NCBI GenBank assembly: GCA_951406725.2
Contig: OX597823.1
Location: 98,890,001 to 98,954,000, forward strand
Length of the DNA stretch: 64,000 bases
Direction: 5' to 3'
DNA from: Octopus vulgaris
Lineage: Eukaryota
The notes under the pieces are model-generated. The model saw only the letters and a program-made list of their open reading frames with translations. It searched no databases and had not been told where the DNA came from. Shown in pieces: positions 63,831-64,000 of the stretch. The translations under genes were made by a program, and so were the position numbers. Positions within the stretch are counted from its first letter, which is position 1. Every line of letters begins with the position of its first letter.

Positions 63831-64000
63831 GAAAACTTTTCAAAGTGCAGATGAATTCAGAAGTGTAGCGGCCAGTCAATACTGTGTATGAATACATGTT
63901 TAAGATGCACACTAAGACTGGCTTCCCAGTGGATTGTGCGAAAAGACTCAACCATTGCAGGCCAAGATTCAGTGGTCAGAAAGGTAATATCCAGCAATGT

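Overview
Repeat-dense animal genomic DNA, most likely an octopus; this is inferred from the recurrent tRNA-derived SINE families, RTE LINE 3' ends with (GAT)n tails and (TA)n/(CA)n tracts. Two minus-strand spliced genes were read by hand. (1) An ADP-ribosylglycohydrolase (ARH/DraG) family gene has eight in-phase exons from 30251 to 6264 plus an uncertain terminal exon. It keeps GDALG, TE and WTDD but has lost the usual GNGxxMR, TH and DxDT residues, and carries a basic NLS-like N-terminus. (2) The last three coding exons of a TspanC8-type tetraspanin lie at 61164-55872. Much of the rest is transposon debris: RTE, R4/HERO, Penelope-like, Gypsy, mariner, hAT, Chapaev-type, MITEs and SINEs, often nested. 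The most unusual structure is a 2-kb retroelement encoding only a Tx1/L1-type ORF1, plus a second truncated insert, both at the same 15-bp site inside a SINE head (10829-13356). This suggests a SINE-targeting, ORF1-only retroelement. Minimal hammerhead ribozyme motifs, a highly structured 360-bp repeat and several locally templated copies are also visible. All calls come from manual reading; no searches or folding programs were run.
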